A stretch of DNA of 64,000 bases, taken from assembly GCA_043803945.1 (NCBI GenBank), contig JAZDJN010000012.1, positions 58,800-122,799 on the forward strand, written 5' to 3'. The DNA comes from a bacterium. Lineage in GTDB: Bacteria > Bacteroidota > Ignavibacteria > UBA10030. Shown here piece after piece: positions 57,569 through 64,000 of this stretch. The position numbers were made by a program, and so were the translations under genes. Position 1 is the stretch's first letter; the number at the start of each line of letters is the position of its first letter. The notes under the pieces were generated by a model, which saw nothing but the letters and a program-made list of their open reading frames with translations, made no database searches and was not told the origin of the DNA.

Positions 57569-58357
57569 TTATTGAGTTTTCACCCAGAAAACAGTTCGTG
57601 GTGGAAAGTAAGTTTTACTTTCAAACGGCTCAAGCTCAGCATAGACCTTTCCGCTGTAAATACCATTATTACTCCAATCCTCAATTTTAATCAAACCAGT
57701 CTTTAAGGTATCATATGTTGTGACGTACGGACTAGCACCGTCAGACATGCTTGTGATTCGGGTATAGTTTATAAAATTTGGTAGAGAACCACTACTATTA
57801 TTCAGAAATCTAATACTAACCGTCTGATGACCTTCATCAGAAATAGTCCTTCTGCATGAAATAGTGATTGTGTCATAATTTGTCGTCATTACCCATTTGG
57901 GAATTTCATTCATCGGTCCTTTGGGTTTAATATCCGTCTCAACTATATTGCCTTCATCATTATCTATAAGAGTGAATACTTGGGAGCACTCATTATTTAT
58001 CGAAATTTTTTGCGCGTAAACGCCCCAAGTATTGTTTCGATAAACCTTAAGTTCAATTTCTGTAGATGATTTATTTTTAATAAAAGGAAGGAACGTAAAG
58101 ATGGTATCGGCTTTGGCACTATCGGCATAAGACCAATTATTGTCAAAGTACACAAAACCAAGATAATCGATACTACTCACATCTTGATTTAAAATAATCT
58201 TTAGTTTACAACCAATTTTGGGATTGAGAGGAAGAATATCCTTTATACTGATTTTGGTATCTTCGATCTCAGGAACAATGATATCTTCACTTTTGCAACC
58301 AAACATAATCAATAACAAAAAAGGTAAAAACAGGGTAACCGGTAATATTTTTTTCAT
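57569..58357 (-). CDS. AT-rich hypothetical lipoprotein
   Basis: Lipobox IMFGC after a hydrophobic signal; composition differs from neighbours. Confidence 0.7.
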   Translation of the reverse strand: MKKILPVTLFLPFLLLIMFGCKSEDIIVPEIEDTKISIKDILPLNPKIGCKLKIILNQDVSSIDYLGFVYFDNNWSYADSAKADTIFTFLPFIKNKSSTEIELKVYRNNTWGVYAQKISINNECSQVFTLIDNDEGNIVETDIKPKGPMNEIPKWVMTTNYDTITISCRRTISDEGHQTVSIRFLNNSSGSLPNFINYTRITSMSDGASPYVTTYDTLKTGLIKIEDWSNNGIYSGKVYAELEPFESKTYFPPRTVFWVKTQ

Positions 58358-58393
58358 TTTAAATACCTGCTACTTGAATACTGAACACTTAGC

Positions 58394-59272
58394 TTACTCT
58401 CTCGTCCCATCAAGTGTCATCATAGCTTCTTGCAATCCCTTCACCACTTCTGCAAGAAATTCATAGTTCAGTGTATCCGCCGTATCGCTCGGTCGGTGAT
58501 AATGAGGATTGCGAAGAAACGCTGTGTCGGTTATCATCAGAGCCGGAAAGTCATGTTTCCAAAATGAGGAGTGATCGGAAAGAAAGAGCGGTGGTATCCA
58601 GCCCGGCGCGGCGAGGCACTCCACACCGATTTCACAACTCCTCCGCATCGCGTTTCGCACAAGGCCTAAATACCTCATCGAGCGAAGATTACTCACGAGA
58701 GCGATATAGTTTCCGTACTTCGGATACCTGCCGATCTGCCGCATCAACGGAAAGGGATAATACTGTGTGGTCTGTTCGCCTCCATAGCCCAGCATCTCCA
58801 ACGAAAGCATCAGATGAACGGAAGCAGATTGATCCTTCAATGACTGTGCATACTGGCGGCTGCCCATCAACGATGTATAAAAGTACGGCGGCTCTTCATG
58901 TGTAAAAGCAACAAATCGAATCGTTCGCTTATTGGGAAAACTTTTCAACAGTCTCGCAAGTTCGAGCAGGCCTGCAACACCGCTTGCATTATCGTCTGCA
59001 CCCGGAGTATCAAGCACCGTATCGTAATGAGCGCCAAGCACAATGCATGGCAGGTGTGGCTGGCTGCCCGGCTGCTCAATAATAAGATTTCTGACAATCG
59101 ATTCGTAAGCACGATACTCCTGAGAGGAAACATTGAATCCAAGATTCTGAAATTCCTTTTCAATAAATTCCGACGCAGCATGAAGAACTTTTGGTTGGAT
59201 CCCACTTCTAGAAGGAAATTCCCTTGCAAGCGTTTGAACAATTCTTCCACCATTTGATTCGATCAGGTTCAT
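58394..59272 (-). CDS. M28-family peptidase
   Basis: GAHYD, PGADDNASG, HEEPP, LEMLG, SDH, PHYH. Confidence 0.88.
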   Translation of the reverse strand: MNLIESNGGRIVQTLAREFPSRSGIQPKVLHAASEFIEKEFQNLGFNVSSQEYRAYESIVRNLIIEQPGSQPHLPCIVLGAHYDTVLDTPGADDNASGVAGLLELARLLKSFPNKRTIRFVAFTHEEPPYFYTSLMGSRQYAQSLKDQSASVHLMLSLEMLGYGGEQTTQYYPFPLMRQIGRYPKYGNYIALVSNLRSMRYLGLVRNAMRRSCEIGVECLAAPGWIPPLFLSDHSSFWKHDFPALMITDTAFLRNPHYHRPSDTADTLNYEFLAEVVKGLQEAMMTLDGTRE

Positions 59273-60654
59273 CGAATACCCCTTCCTTCACTTCGCACCC
59301 TTCCCCTTGCCAATGAGGCAAAGATTCCGATTACACAGAGTGCTGCAAAGATCGAAAATGCCAGCCGCATGCTCGTCAGAAAACCAGGGTAATACTCGGG
59401 TGTGATTTTTACCTGTCCGATGGTCAAAGCAAAAATCAGCATGACAATTCCCATGCTGAACATCTGGCCGGTAAGCCGCATGGTGCCGAGCGTTGCAGAA
59501 GCAATGCCATACGAACGTTTTTCAACTGAGCTCATAACTGCGTTGGTATTCGGAGAAGAAAAGAGGGCAAAGCCAAATCCGAGAAAGACCAGATTCAAAA
59601 CAATCATTGCCAGCGGTGCGTCGCTGCCCATGGAGGCAAATAACACGAGTCCGATAATAATGAATCCCATCCCCGATGACGCGACGATACGGGGTTCAAT
59701 ACGATCTGAAAGTTGACCGGCGAGCGGGGAAAAAATGGCCATCATCACCGGTTGTGCAATGAGAACAATACCGGCCGTTTGAGGATTAAGTCCTTTAATA
59801 TATTGGAGATAGAGGCTGAGCAGGAATGTGACGGCAGAGGTTGCACTGTAGTTAATGAGCGCTGCAAGATTGGAAAAGGTGAACACCGCATTATGCCGGA
59901 ACAAATTCATATCCAGAAGCGGCTTGGTGGCTTTGAACTCCCACAGCACGAAAGCGATAAGTCCTAACAGTCCAAGCAACACAGTAGAAAAGCCAATGAC
60001 ACCGGGGAGTTTGGAAAAACCATACATCATGAGCGGAAGGGAGAGTCCGTACAACACTGAGCCGACAAGGTCGAACCGCTCGCCCTGGGCTTCCGCCCAT
60101 TCGCTCTTCAGCTTCCAGACCACAAGAAGAACGATGCAAAGTCCAAGAGCACCGTTCACGACGAAGACACTTCTCCACCCAAAGTGATCTGTTAACAAAC
60201 CGCCGACAAATGGCCCAATTGATAAACCAACATAGACAGCAGCGACATTGATACCGAGTACCCGTCCGCGTTCTGAGGCTGGATAGACAGAGGTAAGGAT
60301 TGCAGCACCTGTACCGAAAATCATCGCAGCAAAAATTCCGTGAAGCATCCGGAACACAATGAGCATAACGCCGGAGGGCGCCAATCCACAAAGAAATGAA
60401 ATGAAGGCATAGCCGATCAATCCATAAATAAAGATTCTTTTTCTTCCATAGATATCCGCCAATCTGCCGAACGGTACAAGAAACATGGCTGCAGCCAGGA
60501 TGTACGATGTAGCCACCCAGCTAAGTGAAATGGCATCCAGTGAAAATTCCAGGCCTATGAGGGGAAGCGCTATATTGACCGACGACGCCATGAATGGTGT
60601 GAGAAACGACGCAACGGTCGATACTACAAGAACCGTTTTTCGTTCATCAAGCAT
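59269..60654 (-). CDS. MFS transporter, DHA2 (14-TM) family
   Basis: GRLADIYGRKR motif A; GPFVGGLL; FSSPNTNAVM. Confidence 0.92.
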   Translation of the reverse strand: MLDERKTVLVVSTVASFLTPFMASSVNIALPLIGLEFSLDAISLSWVATSYILAAAMFLVPFGRLADIYGRKRIFIYGLIGYAFISFLCGLAPSGVMLIVFRMLHGIFAAMIFGTGAAILTSVYPASERGRVLGINVAAVYVGLSIGPFVGGLLTDHFGWRSVFVVNGALGLCIVLLVVWKLKSEWAEAQGERFDLVGSVLYGLSLPLMMYGFSKLPGVIGFSTVLLGLLGLIAFVLWEFKATKPLLDMNLFRHNAVFTFSNLAALINYSATSAVTFLLSLYLQYIKGLNPQTAGIVLIAQPVMMAIFSPLAGQLSDRIEPRIVASSGMGFIIIGLVLFASMGSDAPLAMIVLNLVFLGFGFALFSSPNTNAVMSSVEKRSYGIASATLGTMRLTGQMFSMGIVMLIFALTIGQVKITPEYYPGFLTSMRLAFSIFAALCVIGIFASLARGRVRSEGRGIR

Positions 60655-60678
60655 AAGGGTATTCTAGTCGGAGGATGG

Positions 60679-61005
60679 TTAATCGGGACAGGAGTGGTCT
60701 GTGTATTTGAGTTTTGCGATATTGTTCCCCTCGATCTGATCGACGTCACCCCGGGTGCTATCCTTGCGACATTGATTGATCACCTTGATGGTTCCGTCTT
60801 CACGCAGCGAATACTCTGCCGATGTACAGGAGCACCCTTTCTGCGCAAACACCGGCAGCGAGGCTATTTCGTACCACTTGCCGAGATATTTATTGAGATC
60901 CACAGTTGGAACGGCATCAAGCGGCGGGTGCGTCGTCGATCCGAAGAAACTGCAACCGCTCAGGATTAGCAGTGTGCAGGAACTCAGCGTTAAGAACGTG
61001 TTCAT
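60679..61005 (-). pseudogene. Truncated bacterial lipocalin (Blc-like lipoprotein)
   Basis: Lipobox LSGC, VDLNKYLGKWYEIA, AEYSLREDGTIKVINQC; ends just after AKLK and lacks the DYW..LD...SR half. Confidence 0.7.
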
Positions 61006-61463
61006 CGTTGTGCCTCACTCCGGTCTTTCACAATCATTGCAGTGGCCGATGCTGTCGCTATGAGCTTCCCTTTACTGTTCTGTGCTTCGGCGGAGAGAAC
61101 AATTGTTGCCGGACCGCGCGAGATGACCTTAGCCGAAATAATCAGCGTATCCCCCTCTTCGATAGTACGAATGAATTGCGTATGGAGATCGATCGTGACA
61201 CAGAGTGCCCGTGCCGCCAGATAGGTGAGTGGACCAAAGGTGTTATCAAAGGCGGCGGCAATAAATCCTCCCTGCATGGTTTGAATCGGATTGAGCGTTT
61301 CGTTCAGGACAGGAAATGCGGTGGTAAGTGCGGTTCGTGATTCGTACTGGAGAAATTTTCCCTGCATCGTGGTGAAGCAATTGGGCGGGATCTGAACTCC
61401 CTGGCATCTCGTGCAAAGGAGTGTTTCAACTTCCTCATGAAAACGTACCAATTGTTCAGCCAT
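61002..61463 (-). CDS. PaaI-family hotdog thioesterase
   Basis: LNP..TMQGGFIAAAFDNTFG. Confidence 0.85.
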   Translation of the reverse strand: MAEQLVRFHEEVETLLCTRCQGVQIPPNCFTTMQGKFLQYESRTALTTAFPVLNETLNPIQTMQGGFIAAAFDNTFGPLTYLAARALCVTIDLHTQFIRTIEEGDTLIISAKVISRGPATIVLSAEAQNSKGKLIATASATAMIVKDRSEAQR

Positions 61464-61478
61464 TCCTCGGCAACGGGA

Positions 61479-61868
61479 TTACACTTCAATCTGTGTTGCA
61501 GACAGCCACCACGACTCTGTCGTTTTGGTAAGCCGTTCGGCAAGACCGATCATAATTCTTTTTGTGAACTCCGGATGCTTCTCAACGATTTCATCGAGGG
61601 TCATTCGGACAAGAAGCAGAGAGGTTGATTCAAGTGCGATGAGTGTTGCTGTCCGGGGAATGTTCAGAATGCATCCCAGTTCTCCAAAGACCATGCCCCG
61701 ACCTTCAATCTCGGCAATGCTAAAATCGCTTTTAAAAACTCCTACCCTTCCTGTGATGAGAATATACCAGCCATCCGCAGGATCACCTGCCTGGACAATA
61801 CTATCACCGGCTGAGTAGTAGTGTTTCTCTCCCCGTATGCCGTAGATGGTATTCCGTCCTTCAACCAT
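61479..61868 (-). CDS. Stand-alone cyclic-nucleotide-binding domain protein
   Basis: GDSIVQAGD, G.VFGEL...PRTAT. Confidence 0.85.
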   Translation of the reverse strand: MVEGRNTIYGIRGEKHYYSAGDSIVQAGDPADGWYILITGRVGVFKSDFSIAEIEGRGMVFGELGCILNIPRTATLIALESTSLLLVRMTLDEIVEKHPEFTKRIMIGLAERLTKTTESWWLSATQIEV

Positions 61869-61992
61869 CGCACCGATCCTTTCCTCTTCTCTTATTCGCC
61901 AGATTTGTTATATAGTAAGACTTCGTCTCCGCAAGTGCAAGAGTCCCACAGAGATTTACGCTTCGCTGCAGAAAATACCACTTTTTAAGAGA

Positions 61993-62724
61993 TTACCCAA
62001 CCCTGTGTGTCTGACCAGGTGTCAACTCCAACACCGCTTTTTTCATTGCTGCGGGGAGAAATTTCTTTAGTTCTGCCGGCGTTCCGCTCAAGATCGGAAA
62101 AGTCCCATAATGCATACCGATTATGAGCTTGGGCTTGAGCAGCTTGCACGCCAGGGCGGCTTCGCGCGGGCCCATGGTGAAGTACCCACCAAGAGGAAGA
62201 AGGACCAGCGACGGCTTATAGAGTTCGGCAAGTAGTTTCATATCGCTGAAGACTGCCGTATCGCCTGCGTGGTACACAGTAAATCCATTCTCAAATTCAA
62301 TGATATAGCCGGCTGACTCTCCGCCCGCTATCACATCGCCATCGACATCGAGTCCCGAGCTATGCTTCGCATCGACCATGGTAATCTTGATACCGTCGAA
62401 CGATGCCATTCCTCCTTTATTGACTCCTTCTGCCTGTTTGACTCCCTTCTTTTGCATGTAAAGGGCAACTTCAAAGATGCCAACGACCTTCGCACCGGTA
62501 CGCTGTGCAATTTCAATCGTGTTGCCAACATGGTCTGAGTGGCCGTGGGTGATCAGAATCAGATCGACCGGAGTAATTTCTTTTGCTCCCGCAGGTGCTT
62601 TTGGATTTTCAAGCCAGGGATCGATCAGCACCGATTTTCCACCCGGAGCTTTCAACAGAAATGCAGAGTGGCCAAACCATGTGACATCGAGTGTCGCTTT
62701 CGATTTCTTTACTCGCTTTGCCAT
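61993..62724 (-). CDS. Metal-dependent hydrolase, beta-lactamase fold (UPF0173-like)
   Basis: WFGHSAF, IDPWL, THGHSDH, YHAGDT, TMGP, MHYGTFP. Confidence 0.9.
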   Translation of the reverse strand: MAKRVKKSKATLDVTWFGHSAFLLKAPGGKSVLIDPWLENPKAPAGAKEITPVDLILITHGHSDHVGNTIEIAQRTGAKVVGIFEVALYMQKKGVKQAEGVNKGGMASFDGIKITMVDAKHSSGLDVDGDVIAGGESAGYIIEFENGFTVYHAGDTAVFSDMKLLAELYKPSLVLLPLGGYFTMGPREAALACKLLKPKLIIGMHYGTFPILSGTPAELKKFLPAAMKKAVLELTPGQTHRVG

Positions 62725-63050
62725 ATTATTTTCCTTGCATAATGTATGTTCAATTTATTAAGATTCGCCGCAAAGAACGCCAAGTGTGATAATTGTGTTT
62801 TTACTGTACGCTATTCTATGAATTAATCCTTGTAGCTCATTGAGGTTTATTAAAGGATTATCTGAGCTCCGCAGGAGCGGGATATGAGAATGCTGTAGAT
62901 ACTCTGTTTCCACAGGCAGTCATACAGAGATGTGCCACTGAAGAACCAGCCCTGCATCCTCCAAAAGCATCACCACATCGGCAAATTCATTGCTGGATCA
63001 TGACTTTACCATAACATCATCGTTTTGCGGACACCCAGTTCTCAGCTTCT

Positions 63051-63554
63051 CTACAGAACCAGTTTTGCTCCAACGTCACCGTGCGATTTCCGGAGAAATG
63101 AAAATGCAAAGACGGTTGGTTGTACGAGCCGTTCAAAATCGGCAAAGTCCATTTTCACCAGTTCCCGGTGATTGCCGGCGTTGAAGAAGATCTCTTTATC
63201 CTCAGCGAGACCGCTGGCGACAAAGACTCGCATGTCAAAGATATTGCCGAACGGGGGCATGGCGCCAACCTCACATTGAGGGAAGCGGTCTTTGAAATCG
63301 TGCTCGCTCGCAAGCTCCACATCCTTTGCCCCGCTTACCTCCCGCAACAAATTGAAATCGATCATATGAGAAGCGGGGAGCACCGCCATTGCCATCTTGC
63401 CATCCATCCAGACAATGACCGCCTTCGCCATCTCCTTGCCCGAGATATGCGCCGAATGTGCAACATCCTGCGCGGTAAATGCGGGAGAGTGCGTGATATT
63501 CACATATTTCACATGATTGCCGTCGAGGTACTCGACTAACTGTTTGAGAATCAT
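63051..63554 (-). CDS. YbaK/EbsC/ProX-family aminoacyl-tRNA deacylase
   Basis: HSPAFTAQ, MAKAV, LASE, CEVGAMPPFG, FNAGNH; AGGAGG RBS. Confidence 0.88.
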   Translation of the reverse strand: MILKQLVEYLDGNHVKYVNITHSPAFTAQDVAHSAHISGKEMAKAVIVWMDGKMAMAVLPASHMIDFNLLREVSGAKDVELASEHDFKDRFPQCEVGAMPPFGNIFDMRVFVASGLAEDKEIFFNAGNHRELVKMDFADFERLVQPTVFAFSFLRKSHGDVGAKLVL

Positions 63555-63953
63555 AGAGCCTCCTTTTCAATTGTGTGAGAGAAAAGGCTTCGGTAGCTCC
63601 GGTTAGCATGACGGGTATGGGACCCGTCTGCATTCTGTCTGCTCTTCCCGCTGAAATGAAAGGAGAGCAGTGTTGATACCTATCTGTGGTGCGGGGTTCT
63701 CTTAAAATGAATGTTGTGAGATTTTAGTGGAAAGTCAAATAGGCATCTTTTTAAAAAATATCTTTGGATTGATTACTTTTACGGTCGGGAGCAGGACATG
63801 CCCGCCTCGGCGGTACCATATCGGCAGGCAGGGATCCCTCCCAGCGTTTAGTTATTTAAAAGTGATGTTACGCAAAATTGAAATAATCGTATATTTGAAC
63901 ACAGCCCAAAGAGTGAAACTATGTAACTGGTGAAATTAATCGAAGGATAGCCC

Positions 63954-64000
63954 ATGGACAAGAAACTCCTTCAATTATATGTTGATGGTCTTCTGAGTAC
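63954..64000 (+). CDS. Start of an unidentified ORF running off the window (MDKKLLQLYVDGLLS...)
   Basis: ATG preceded by GAAGGA; frame open to the window end. Confidence 0.3.
   Translation, partial: MDKKLLQLYVDGLLS

Noticed and set aside
63954-64000. Possible IS transposase start (MDKKLLQLY...)
   Set aside because: Only 15 codons are visible and no terminal inverted repeat was identified.

Overview
Bacterial chromosomal window, most likely from an Ignavibacteria-like member of the FCB/Bacteroidota-Chlorobi group. This rests on a T9SS-type C-terminal sorting domain (YPNPFNPTT) and the dcw gene order; it is an inference. From left to right: (1) the 3' part of feoB, a small Cys-rich partner and housekeeping genes (1-5.0 kb). 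(2) A complete dcw cluster, mraZ to ftsZ, with MraZ boxes, an extra membrane gene between murG and murC, a collapsed four-helix-bundle gene between ftsA and ftsZ, and a highly structured ~290-nt region after ftsZ (5.1-24 kb). (3) The most striking feature: four tandem paralogous three-gene modules, each an ECF sigma factor, a zinc-finger anti-sigma with almost no extracytoplasmic domain, and a third gene. The third gene is a CHASE2-like membrane protein with no output domain in three modules and a secreted double TonB-C protein in one. Each module has a matching ECF-type promoter (consensus GcAAC-N16-CATC), and the modules are interleaved with an L,D-transpeptidase, a SpoIIE-type phosphatase and msrA (24.3-38.8 kb). 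(4) An AT-rich island with a MauE/DoxX protein, a secreted 6-Cys peptide, a redoxin-like protein and a 6-bladed beta-propeller, bounded by a decayed duplicate of the MauE gene (41-44.6 kb). (5) A secreted protein built of five tandem pilin-head-like repeats, a kinase/REC/Hpt-REC-MBL signalling operon, and assorted envelope and housekeeping genes. Several genes across the window are collapsed by internal deletions. No rRNA, tRNA, CRISPR array or intact transposase was recognised. All assignments come from motif recognition by eye; no database searches were run.
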